This document shows positions 1-58,029 of a stretch of DNA of 64,000 bases, piece by piece. Under the pieces are notes generated by a model that was not told where the DNA came from, did not search any database, and saw only the letters and a list, made by a program, of their open reading frames with translations. Positions within the stretch are counted from its first letter, which is position 1, and each line of letters begins with the position of its first letter. Where the stretch lies: positions 7,906,741 through 7,970,740 of the forward strand of contig OZ037768.1 in NCBI GenBank assembly GCA_964035545.1, written 5' to 3'. Origin of the DNA: Bugula neritina (Eukaryota; Animalia; Bryozoa). Position numbers and translations under genes: made by a program.

Positions 1-155
1 AGAATCTATGCTGATGCATTTGAATGGATATTTACAGCTAATTATAGAACTAAGCATAGAGCTACAGCTGCAGTGCAGTTACGATGACGTAGAGTGTAGC
101 TCAGAAATTTAGCCTTAGCCGCTGTTTATTTATTTGCTTGTTATGTTGTTTGCAG

Positions 156-200
156 ATTCCCCAAAAGGCTTTACATGCATTAAATCAACTCAAAGGCTAA
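156..200 (+). CDS. Candidate short alternative terminal exon of the MLCK-type gene (IPQKALHALNQLKG*)
   Basis: U-rich acceptor ttatgttgtttgcag|155, read in phase 0, stop TAA at 198-200. The peptide shares the xxxKAhxAhxxh+ pattern with the start of the 1317 exon (KTFKAMVAIKRMR). Confidence 0.4.
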   Translation: MPQKALHALNQLKG

Positions 201-1316
201 CTCATAAATTCTCAGTCAGTATTGTTTGTTCTGCAGCTTGCCAAGCCAACAAATATAACTAACAGCTTCGTTTTACTGAACGCACCTCTTGTCTGATATA
301 ATATGGTGCAGTTTCACACATTGAGCCCTTAACTGTTGCTTTTATGTAGCTTGTCTTAGTTAAACGTGCAAACTTGAAAAAACTGCAAAAATGTTATTTA
401 ACACGAAGTTGCAAACCTTAGCATGGGAAGAAAACTTCTCATGTCATCAGGAAAAGATGTCATTTTAAGTTTTCTTGCTCCACGCTTTGGTTTGTAAGTC
501 AAACTTTATGACGTGCAGTGCGCACTGCTTGCTTGCTGTGTAATTGTTATATTATATGTTTGGCACATCTCCAATTGATATTTATCTGTAATATGCTGCT
601 TCTACTATTCACAAAAATAGTTTCAAATCGGTGTTGGCAAAGTTCTCTACAATTATTTGTTTGCATGATTTGGAAAACTTCTTATTATTTGAAGTGGTAT
701 AGTATTGTCTGGGTGTCTATGTTTTATATTTAAGCAACTTTGACAGTATTACAGAGTTACTGTAGATAGTTATTTGATGTATTCTCCACCAGAGTTCAGT
801 GAATATTATGCCACCCAATTCATTTCCCCCACTTTGTTAGTCCTTGCACCAGTTATTTCAACAAACACAAAATAGTAATCTAGTTAAAATCTTGGACACT
901 GAATCAAAGCAATGTTTCATATATTTTTTATTTTATTTTTTTAGTTTTCTTCATAAGGTAATCGTACCCATTGTTACCACACTGAGAGTCGTTACCCCCT
1001 GTTCTTGCTATTGTACTTGCTTGTCTATCATTATTTTAAACAACGTAGCTTTAGCAAAATTTTCCAATTTCTGCTATCCTTACTATTTTAATTGACTGTT
1101 GAAGACTGTATGAAATGCTATTATGTTGCTGTTATGTAAAATCAAAATTAGTTAAAAATTTAATATAAAAAAATTCTCCACAAACTTTGGCTTATGCCTC
1201 TGTTCTCATTTGTGTTACCTACTCTAAAACTTTTTTTAAAACTGATTGTATCTATTATAGTTTATGTGTTGTATTGCTAGTCAATGTTTTGCATGGTTGT
1301 TGTTCTTGTGTTGTAG

Positions 1317-2057
1317 AAAACTTTTAAGGCCATGGTCGCCATCAAGAGAATGAGATCTTCTTTCTCGAAGCTAAATTCTCTAGACTCGCCCCTTTCGCCT
1401 TCTGGGTTGCCCAAAATCATCGATCAAGATGCAGACAACACTGAGGTCTCTGCTCCTTCACCTACCGAAGAGGGTAGTGCACCCACCCCTACTCAGTCAC
1501 CTGTAAATATTGAAACATATGAAGACGTTTTCGAGAGCAAATCTGCTGTTACTCCCACCAACACCACTGACCAGCACATATTCGAGTACAACTCGGACAA
1601 TAATAACCATAAGTTTTGTGAAGAGGAATCTAGAAAGGATGAAAATGGAACTGCCAATTTTGAAGTTGATAGAGACGCAATGTCTGATACAAGAGATAGC
1701 GGTTACGAGGGAAGGAAGTCAACAAGGGAGATAACTGATGTTGAAGATTGTTTAATTGATGTTTCACAGCCAGTATTTTCACAAACTTTACCCAAAGAGG
1801 TTCATGTCATTGAAGGAGATTGCTCTAGATTTGATGTTGAGGTTGTAGGTAACCCTGTACCATCTGTGAACTGGTTCCGAGACAGTGAAATTGTTCAGTC
1901 ATGTGATAAGATTGAATTTGATTGCGAGGGCTGTAAGCATTCCTTGATTATTCGAAATATATCTTTGACTGACGATGCAGAGTACGAGTGCCGTGCGACT
2001 AACGAGAATGGAGAAAGTTCTACTTTTTGTGAACTCTACGTTATGAGCACTGCGTAA
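1317..2057 (+). CDS. MYLK: Last coding exon of a myosin light chain kinase-type gene: CaM-binding helix C-half, acidic linker, telokin-like I-set Ig
   Basis: Acceptor ttgtgttgtag|1316, in frame with ORF 1332-2057. KTFKAMVAIKRMRSS..SPLSP resembles smooth-muscle MLCK KTGNAVRAIGRLSS..SPTSP. The C-terminal Ig (PVFSQTL..EGDCSRFDVEVVGNPVPSVNWFRD..DDAEYECRATNENGESSTFCELYV) resembles telokin. The kinase exons lie upstream of the window, so the family call is inferred. Confidence 0.7.
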   Translation, partial: KTFKAMVAIKRMRSSFSKLNSLDSPLSPSGLPKIIDQDADNTEVSAPSPTEEGSAPTPTQSPVNIETYEDVFESKSAVTPTNTTDQHIFEYNSDNNNHKFCEEESRKDENGTANFEVDRDAMSDTRDSGYEGRKSTREITDVEDCLIDVSQPVFSQTLPKEVHVIEGDCSRFDVEVVGNPVPSVNWFRDSEIVQSCDKIEFDCEGCKHSLIIRNISLTDDAEYECRATNENGESSTFCELYVMSTA

Positions 2058-2527
2058 TCATCAATTCTCTATTAGATAAACTTGGAAGTTTCATTTTCAT
2101 TAAGTGACTGTCCTGGGAAGCTGAGAAGATCATATTTAGTAATTAATATTAAACAGATTATTTCAACTTGTAGTTAACAGCCAGCATCTATTTTCGGTTT
2201 ACTGTCATACTGCAATGCCTTAAAATTGTTTTTCACTAATATACAAGTTGATATGTCATTCCTGAATGGTTAATTAAAATATTTATTTAATGTGTTATTT
2301 GCTTATTTTTGTATTATTTCTGCACTGTACATTATTTTGTTATACTTGCTTACCAAACTGGGAATGTTAAATTGTTGAATTCTATTAGCGTTGTTGCCTA
2401 ACTGTATATTTAGTTTTTATTATTAAACTTGAGTAAAAAAATGTTTTTGAATACAGCATATTTGTTTATTTTATGGGGTGCTGTTATTTACAATGTATAT
2501 TCTTGCTATGCACTGATATCTTGAATT

Positions 2528-2533
2528 AATAAA
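2528..2533 (+). terminator. Putative polyadenylation signal of the MLCK-type gene
   Basis: AATAAA about 470 nt after the stop, in a U-rich 3'UTR; a second AATAAA lies near 2600. Confidence 0.45.
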
Positions 2534-3107
2534 CTGTATAATTTGTAGGTCGAAAAAAATTGTTTCTATTAATAATTTTGCTTCGGATGGCCTTTTGGCA
2601 ATAAAAAATCATTTAAAAAATGCAACAAGTTGGGTGTTCTTTTGCTCTAGTGTCCGGTCGTAGTAAAACACTTCTAAATAATTATATTATAGATATTGAA
2701 ATTTTACTACAAAGTATCCCTGATTAACAGTCATGCTTCATATAACGCATCAGTAATTTAGTCTAGCAGTGTGGATAATTTTTTTAAGACTTCCAGTCAA
2801 CACTATGTTTTATGAGAGTTGTTTACTCGTTGGGTAAATGCCATGTTTTTGTAGCACAATGTTTTAGGTAACAATAGTACCTACAGCCCATTTGTTAACA
2901 AGAATTGCCAATACATATTTAGGACCAATACATGATAGCACAGGCAAAATAACTGCAGTAGCCGTGTATAGTCGATATATGAAGAGGCTTCCACTTGCAA
3001 TTTAAAAAGTCTTCAATTATCTGTGAAACTTGAACTCTCTGGCCTGAGTTGCACATGCAGCTTTTAAATATGCGTTTGTAGAAACATAGGCTTCTTTTAT
3101 TGCAAAG

Positions 3108-48833
<45,726 letters not shown>

Positions 48834-49271
48834 ATGACTAGTGAATACTAACTGAGTATAAGTTAGGTGAAGTGAGAAATGCCAGAAATTACTTTGCGCC
48901 ATCAGAAGTTTTATTCATGTAGAAAATTTGCAGTTTACTTGTTCCCATGGTTACGGTTTATATAGTGTTGGTAGTTTTACAAGATAATAGTTGAGCATAA
49001 TATTTTAATTGAAGGAGTGGCTGTGCAGTGAATAGTTAACTCTCATTAACAACGGCCATGACAACAATGGGAGCAGGAAGTGTTGTTAGTTGGTAAATGC
49101 TTGCTATGCCATCTTCTAACAATATCTAGTAATTGAATAACGGGTAGACATTAGACATACTGATAATTAGCATTTTATTTTATGCTGTATTAATTTAATT
49201 TTAATTTAACAGAATTACTGTTTGTTAGTTTTTTATTGTTGCTATGATATAGCAGGATTATATTTTTCAAC

Positions 49272-49277
49272 AATAAA
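49272..49277 (+). terminator. Putative polyadenylation signal of the obscurin gene
   Basis: AATAAA about 440 nt after the stop, followed by U/GU-rich sequence. Confidence 0.5.
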
Positions 49278-50324
49278 TTCTATTTATTTGTGTACCAATT
49301 TTTTCAAATTGGTTTGTTTTCACGAGATGGGCCCCTATAACTAAAACCGTTTTGCTGATAGTTTTGAAACTAAAGAATCTGTTAGTTGAAGTACTCAAAA
49401 ACCCGATTTGTATTTTATCAACTATCTTACTACAGTAATGATAATTAATTTATAATTGAATAATTGGCAAGTATACTGGTGTAATATCTGCAATAAAAAT
49501 TTGATCTACAAAATCTCATTGTTCTATCAAAATTAAGTAGAGACATGTATTTGTGAATTGTGCTCTCTTGTGCAATGTATTGTAAAAAATGTAGTTAGCT
49601 TCCCCTGCAAGCTAGTAGTATTGGGTTACGACTCTGTTAAACTAAACCCTTACCAAATATGGACTGCGCTAATGATCTCACTGCCTACAACATTTATTAG
49701 TTAATGGAAGGTAATTGCTAAAGTAGTAATTCTCCTCAGACTTTACACAATTGTGAACACTATTGAGCTCACAGCAGCAAACAATAAGATTCACTGTAAT
49801 TGCTGAATAATTAGTTTAAGTATAATTCTCATATCACCACTTCCTGACATGAGTAGTAAATAGAAATTGAAAACAGTTTAAAATTAAGCGCATTTCTAAT
49901 GAATTTAAGTGTTGGGATAGTTGTTAGACAATTGGCAGCATTTTAATGCTAAAATTAGTTTTAAATAGATATAAAGATAACATCGAGTGCGTTCACGTAT
50001 TTTTCTTGTTCAGTTATGTGTATCTTACTTAAAACACAATATGTGGTGATGTTTTCAAAAGTTGGCATCCGAACAAATTTTCATCTGCCACACACAATGT
50101 AGGGTATAGCATCTGGGTACCAGGCACCATTTGCATCTGTAACACCATAATGTCCTTTTTTGCTGATGTGGTTTTCTAATGCTAACAAGATGAAAATATA
50201 ACTGTACTAAGAATACCTTCACTGAACAACTATAAAGTTTGTACCATTAAAACAATAATGCAACCTTTTAACAAAGCGCGCCTTCAATTCTGTTAGTTTT
50301 GTTGTTATTGTTTGTTCTTACAAT

Positions 50325-50415
50325 TTATTGGCTAGAGAGAAAACTGATCAGCCAATCAAACGCTCTTATAAGACGGCCTAGCGATTTGCTATTAGCTATG
50401 TACTTTATAAATCGT
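50325..50415 (+). promoter_or_regulatory. Putative promoter of the neurexin/LamG-like gene
   Basis: Convergent CCAAT boxes (ATTGGC near 50327, GCCAATC near 50351), TATAAA near 50406 and local CpG enrichment. A donor gttag|gtaggt at 50685 suggests a non-coding first exon spliced to 51558. Confidence 0.45.
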
Positions 50416-51587
50416 GTAATCCATGCGTAAAGCGTGATACTATACGCTATTATGAGAGCATTCATTTAGTTCAGTAGTAGAGCAACGGCGGCTTTGAAAT
50501 TTGGGGAGTCGCGTTTACTTAATAAATTTGCAGAATGAAGATTTTCCCTTCATAACCTGAGAGGAAAGTGCCTGTAGTAATACGACAGTCATTACTATTT
50601 TGAACTTGAAACTGGAAACAACTAGCTGATTTCCAATTTGAAGTTCTTTATTCTTTACTCAAGGCCAAAAGCAAGGACAAGTTAGGTAGGTGTTTATTTG
50701 TTAGTCTACCACCCTCTCCATTGACTACATACCTGTTACCCAAACGTGCCGGTGGAGCCTGCGACACTACGTATACTGTACAGTAAATGTCGCAGTTGGT
50801 CACTAACACTTGAAACATCTTATAATATTAATTGGTAAATGATAGACCTAGGGCTAGTTGTAGAACTAGATAATAATGAGAGCACAACATTGACCATACT
50901 ATTTATACAATTTTAGTTCACTATAATCATGATGATTGCCATATTATGTTATTATATTATTCATACCATTAAAGTCGCAGTAACTTAATTATAGTATATT
51001 GATGTTTATGCAAATTTGTTAGTTTTTTTAAATGCTAAACAGTATTTATCTGAACCAATAGTTAGCTTAGGAAGTTTTTTTAAGTTTTTTAAAGTAATAC
51101 TTTAGGGAACTGTATTATAATTAATATAAGCTTACTTAGTATAGCGATATGACTCGTATTATTCTATCCTTAGAGTGTGCCTGAGCTTAACATTTGCGAA
51201 GGGTCTCATCTTAGCTTGTAACTAAACTTGAACAATAGAAAGAAAGCCCACGTCATTTTGAATGTTAATTTTTTGAACCCTCTACGGTTGTAGTATATTG
51301 TGCTTATATTTACAAGTGAGCCATTTTACATAATGATGGGTTGCTTATGAATTATATACTTTACCAACATAACTGTTGCTATACAGTGAGTTATTTTACT
51401 GGACCATTAACTTAGTTCATCTGATTGAAGATAGATATTAAGCTACAGATCCTACAGTTGAAATGTTCATGCATTATTTAGTCAACTAGTTTAAGTTGAA
51501 TAAAGTTTGAAAAGTATATATGATGAAGCTTCCATTTTCAACTTTTAATCGTTACAGGCTGGAGTGATAGAGTACAAAGAACCAAAT

Positions 51588-52362
51588 ATGAAGTTGCTAA
51601 GTCAGTACGTGATACTGCTAACTTTGTTGAGCAGTTGTAGCGTTTTAGCCATCATGTACAATGGGACTGCCAACTCCTGGTCGCGATATAGCAAATGGAA
51701 CGTGTGTCCTCACAGACCTGCCTCTCTCTATCTTACATTTAAAACTAGCGAAGATGACGGATTATTAGTGTATATGGATGACGGTAAAACCCCCAACCCA
51801 ACCGACTACCTGATGGTTCAGCTGGTGGGAGGAAAAGTCTCCTTGGAGTATCAGTTCAGTAAAGACATGTCGGGCAAAGGACCTGCTACGTTTACTAGAA
51901 CAGATGTTGATATTGCCCAAGACACAATTGTCTCTATATCTATAGAGAGGAAACGCATGGCTCTAGTGTTGGCTATTGATACCGACCCTGGCACCAGTCC
52001 ACAAATTCCAAACTTTGGTGAAGATTTATGCTTTGGAGATTGTCAAGGTGGTTTGGAGTATATTCTCTCCACCCGTAATAGTGACATGTTTATTGGTGGT
52101 GTACCACAGTCTATTCGGGATACTCGTAGGGCAGTAAACTTTCCTCCGGCCTTTAAAGGGGAAATATATAATGTCGAGTACAAGAACTGTGAGTGTGTCA
52201 GATCAAACCCAGTTCTGGTAGACGTGGGCACTTCCATCGATAAGACTGAGGATCCTTGTTTCAACAAGACTGTTGCGGGTCAGGTGTGTACCAGGCTCAT
52301 CACCCCCAAGGCTACTAGATGTAACTGTGTGCCCAACATAGGGGACAGCACGTGCACATCAG
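51588..52362 (+). CDS. Neurexin-like first coding exon: signal peptide + laminin G (LNS) + EGF-like
   Basis: Acceptor gttacag|51557 and ATG at 51588 (MKLLSQYVILLTLLSSCSVLA). SWSRYSKWNVC..LTFKTSEDDGLLVYMDDG..DYLMVQLVGG..MFIGGVP..FKGEIYNV resembles alpha-neurexin LNS1. Cys-rich tail, then phase-1 donor G|gtgaga. Confidence 0.85.
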
Positions 52363-55300
52363 GTGAGACTATTTACAAGTGTAACCATTCAGTATTGATT
52401 TAATCTTGTATAAACAATAAGTTCAATAATTCAGGTATAAGTTGACGAGAACTTGGTTTGCCAACAACAAATTTTGAGTTAGTGTCATAGGCTCAGCTTC
52501 AACTCTTGTTAGAATTAGTATTTTAGTTTATGGGAATGTGAAACATATAGTTCTAAGAATTCACTAGTAATGGCTGATATAAGAAACCAAGAGAACTTAT
52601 AGTGCTAGCATCTACTTTCCTATGAATGCTGATAAAGTTTGCAAGTTATAAACCATAGTTTGTGGGATGTGACTAATTGCAATGATTGCTGTTAAGTGTT
52701 GACTTGGTTGATAAAATTTGTCTTTGATATGTTAATCACCAGCACTGCTCATCATCCTATACTCAGTTGAATATTGCATAAGGTGCAGTGTTACAAGTGT
52801 ATTGGACTACAGTGTTGTCTATGGTATTGAGCTATAGAGGGCACCATCTTCATTCTATCCACTGACAATACAAACTGATCTTACAAGTTACCTAATTACT
52901 GTGATTAGTCATACTCAGTGTGTTTGATTTCACTGATAAAAATAAATAGTGCCATTCCATTGTAGTTGTATAACACTTGAAAGCAGGTCTCTTCCGATAT
53001 CATCAAACACCTACAATCACTGAAATACTATTTCCTCCGCCACTAATAGCTTACAATCACGTTATTAACAAAAGCATTTTTCTTGTCTTCTGATTGGATT
53101 GACTCACTCAGCATCAGCTGTCTCTGGCAGCATTTGCTCTCTCTGGCAGCATTTGCTCTCTTAACCGGCTATGCACTCAACTATTTCTCTACTTCAAGTT
53201 TCATCTCTCAGTCATGAGTTATTAATTAAGTTTGGCCTTGCCTTTGGTTAATTAGTTGTAGTTAACTTACTTAGTAGTTCTTATTGTGTGAAAAGTAAAT
53301 TAAGAGGCAGTCATGATAATATAATTAATATATTTTTTCTGTTCATACACTACTCGAACTAAGATTATTTACCCCCCTTCTCTTCCCTTTTTCCTCTCCC
53401 CCTCTCTCCCATCTCTCCCCCCTCCAAATGTTGAAGCCACACAAGATGACTGTTGATCACAAAGTAAAAGTTAGAAAACATAATTTCACACACTAGATTA
53501 GGTTTCTACTTGGTTATACAAGTTATGTTATTTGAGATGTGTGGCAAGTAGCTAATTTCTACAGTTCACATGGGTGGGTAGGAGGGCATTTAATATCGGC
53601 TATTGTTTGAAAAATGATTCCTCCAACTCTAATAACAAAATTCTGTATAGCATTTAATCCTTTCATTCACTTACTTTATGTCTGACCGTGAATGTTGAAA
53701 AGTAACCTTATTGAACCTTTACATAAGATTTAGTAGCTGTAATGTTATGTTTTGCCATTGTTTCTATTTAATGATTAAATTTGGGAACAAATAAGTTGAT
53801 TTGTCTGATAAGAAATTTCACAGCCGTCTAACTCTGCATAACTCTAATGGGCTGTAGTTGTTTGCCTGTTTGAGCAGAATTAATAAGTCTATTTCTGGTT
53901 GAAATTAGTTTGACTTTAAATAATGAGATGTTTTCTAGGCTAGTGAGTGTTCTAACTAAAATATGTAATGTTTTTCTCTATACTACTGACATCAGTAAAG
54001 TTGCCAATCATAATATAGTCATGTAACTTGAATAGCTCAGGTATCTGTGAAAGCTCAAGTGTCAGCATACTTGAAGCATGACTCAGGTGGACTTGGTTAC
54101 AAGTATGAGTCAACTGCTAACGTCACTTAACAAGTCTAAACCAGCTAAACAGTTGCTAGTCAAGTTACCTAGGTAGTTGTGTAATAGTAGTGACTATTAG
54201 TATGTCAGTCTGGAATGTCAGTAGAGGGTAATCGCAGTGACTACTGCCACTCATTAAGTTGTTATTATTCTAAACACTATCTCTGACTTGTAGCTACTTA
54301 CAGTAGGAATACCGAAACATATGATTACATCATAAGAAAATGTAGACAGCAATCTCAAAAATTTCTTTTTTTCTCCTTGAAGGTGATCACGTAGCCATTA
54401 TCTGACATATTACTCAACTGTTCTGGGTGTCCATTACACAATGCATGTTATTTGCACAGTAAAGTCGTAAAACTCCCAAAAACTATTTTGATTCAAATGT
54501 TGTGAATAGATTTCTTTTTAGTAGTTGAATAACAATTCTCCAGGTGTTTGCTCTTAACCCTGAATAGCCGAGTTCATCACATTATGTTTGCACCTGCTTA
54601 AAATATTTATATTTGTGATTCTATTTACAAAGAGAATGGTTTCCTTAATGTGTAGTTAAGTTATACTATACTATAAAGTATAATCTCAGTATATGTTTAA
54701 TATTTGCACTGTCTATGTACTAATTAATTAATAAGTATAAACAATAGAAATATCATCCCAACCAGTAACTACAGCTAATACACTAGTAGTAGATCATTTC
54801 AAGATGTCGATTAGTTATTATCTGAAAGCCTTTGTTATGTTGGCTTGTAATATAATTCTATTGTGTAGTGGGCTTCGTTCAAACACACCTTAGCTATGAT
54901 CTTGCACCGGTTGGGGTTGGGTGCAACTGCTCCGAAGTTTTTGAAAGCCTAAGTAGTAGTGAACTGTTATTAAAATCTAAAAACATATTCTCATGAAATA
55001 GTTACCAAGGTCTCACGGCGATCAAAATTGCAAATGTGGGAATTGGAAAAAGTTATGCTTTTCAAGTTGCTGCTTTTGCTAGATTTCTATAGTGTTATTG
55101 TTTGTGCTTTGATAAAAGCAACATCATGAGTAACTGTTATGTTATTCTTGTCCATTGTTTGTGCTTTGTGATATTACAAGTAACTGTTATTCCTAACCTC
55201 CTTTATATAATCTTAATTCATTGAAAGTCAGCAATAATTGGAAAACGCTTTTGATAGAAAATGGGTGCAAATAAGTACTTTAACATTAACAAACAACGCT

Positions 55301-58029
55301 TTCAGTTGATAATATTTTCTAGTTTCCAAATATCAACGTCTGGTACCAGAGGTAGCTAAAGTATTCAACTAGTGTTCTTATTGCATGAAAACCTTAGCCT
55401 GAGGCTAAACTCTGCAAGTATTACACACTAATGTGACACATTCTGAAGAGGGTGATGACACTTGTATACGTTACATGCATAGTGTATAAGGTGCTGCAAG
55501 GTTTCTAGTGCCCCTTGTTACCAGCAGTGGTGTATAGCAAAAATAAACCGCACTATAGGGCCAGTCTGACTATGTGAGAATTCATGGGACTTCCTTAGTA
55601 ACCACAAAAACATATGTGGAATGCTCTACTCTCAGTGTAGGCAGCACAGTCTGTTGTAAGTCAGCATCTAGCTTATTTACCCACCAAAGAGCATAAAACC
55701 TCTCCCATATACTTATTTATATTGACTTTACATTTACTTTTAAATCTCTTCCAAATATTAGTGATGTGGTGATAAATTTATTCAAAATCTAAGCATTAAT
55801 TTACTAGGCCTTATCAGCTATATAAATTTTGGCAGCTGCCAAAGTTAATGATAGTCCAGTGTCAATAACTGACCATGTTGACCACGGTCAGTGACTGTAG
55901 ATGACCACTAATGAGGTTACAGCATTCAGTAGTAAGATACTTGGTGCAGCCCCAAACAACCTCCCCTATCCTCATACTCTCTACTCTTCACTCTACATGT
56001 GTACTGCTGACTGTGTATAGCTGTAACTCCTGGCTACAGTTATCTGGCATCAGCAATCAGACTGGGTTTACACTGCAGCTAACAACTCTCTAGATATATG
56101 GAGATAGTGTCAGCTTACGGCATCATCTTTATCTCCCTATCATACACTACATATGATGCACCTAATACCCACTCTGTAGAGTGTAATGTAAGGGCTATGC
56201 AGCTATGTAGCTGTTAGTAGGGAAGAAAGCTATACATAATCATAATATTGGAGATATGAAAATGTTATTTGCCTTCCTATGGGTGTTTAATTGTAGCAAT
56301 AAAAGTTTTCACCCTAATAAATTATTTATCATCTTATAAAATTGAAACAATAGCAGCTTTGTAACATTCTGAGTCCAAAATGTAACCTTGATTTTGTACA
56401 TACTTAATGACCAGCTTGCAATCGGTTTCCAACAACTGTACATTATATAGATTAACTCCAGGTTGACTGCATAGTTTATAGTATAAAATCTACAAGTGAA
56501 GTTTTACATTCGTAATAATTAATTGGGGAATTGCTGATCTTTACATAGATTATTACAAGCCTGCCCTACCAGCTGGACTCAGTCTATATATCTATCTTTA
56601 ATTAGTGAAATGTTGCATGAATCAGTTCTAAAAGAAGGCATGTTTACACTTAACGGGCAGCCGGTTTTGTCTAACGCATCAGCCAATCTAAGCAGATACA
56701 TCAACCAAGTTATCAGTAAAACTTCTTAGACTGATTGACTGATTTTTTAGAATTAAATTACAAATTCAACTATTTTGTAGCAATGCACACCTAGTTTAAT
56801 AAAGTTTAACCCGTGCTCCGTAGCTTTTGCATGCCCACTTTATCTTAGTGCAAGAATAGAGTAAAACAGGTTCTGATTATTGTAAATCCTGCAAACCGAA
56901 AACCATACATTGATATTGCTTCGATGTAATAATAGTAATAACTACTACAACTACAGCTAGTAATAATTCATATATACACATTCATGTATTACACGCAGGA
57001 TCGTATAACCTAGCTCACAGATCTCTCCTTACAACACTTTAAATAACTTGTCATACAAATATTTGCTTAACATGAATAAGCTACTGAGAACTGGAGTAGC
57101 CCTCTACTTTAACTTTCCTATGGAAGAGGGTTTAAGCCTGTGCCTTGAGCTATTTTAGTACGACTACTATTTCTGGCAATTATTACCAAATAATGATCTC
57201 TTTGTTTTTATAGCATCTCACATACAGCAGTTATTAGAAATGCATAAACTGTCTGCTGAACACTAACCTGTAGTATATGTGAAAAGTAGTACCATGCAAG
57301 GGTTTACAACTCTAAATGCCGTTCTACCACAACCTGGGGCTAGGAAATAGAGTATTTGTTAACATATTCTAGAGTATATATTATATTATATAACTTTGTT
57401 TACTTGCATAATTATCAAGTATTAGTAGTGTATGTTAATAATGATTTCATCCTTTAGAGTTTATGATGACATAATTTAAGGATCAAGATCAGTCAACATG
57501 GAGATTTTTTATTGACTCAGTGATTTCATATTAGATGTATTATAAAATAATTAAAGCGTTGATTTAGTTTCCTTGGTTACGTAGTTGGGATAGTAAGAGC
57601 TTCCTGTACGAGGCTGCTATGTTGCCGTGGTGACATACTACCATGTAAATAACTATTTCTAATCAACTGTTCTATCTATCAAAAGCTAACATTTAACCAC
57701 ATTATACCATCATGTATGTTCATTCACATTTAAACTTAAGCTTGTATTATAATATGAAATATGCAAATAAAAAAGTAATACATATGTTTACTCCAACAAC
57801 TGTCACACTACGTTTATACCAATACACAAACAGGCTGCCAACTAGTTCAATAATGTGTCTATATATTATTAGTAACACATATTATTTTTTGATGCATTTT
57901 GTGGTAATATTTTATGCATATTTAAAAAGCTGGACCATACACTAACACTATAAACTTCCAACTCTTGAAACTATGAAAATAACTCTCTAGTATACAGGAT
58001 CTAATTTAGAGTTGCTCTCTCGTTTGTAG

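Noticed and set aside
54900-54985. Short similarity (GAACTGTTAyTAAAATCTA) to the interior of the 11787 element
   Set aside because: Only about 19 bp and no matching TIRs; not enough to call a second copy.
55901-56093. Possible extra exon in the long intron of the LamG gene
   Set aside because: The required phase-1 frame stops after two codons, and no domain similarity is visible.
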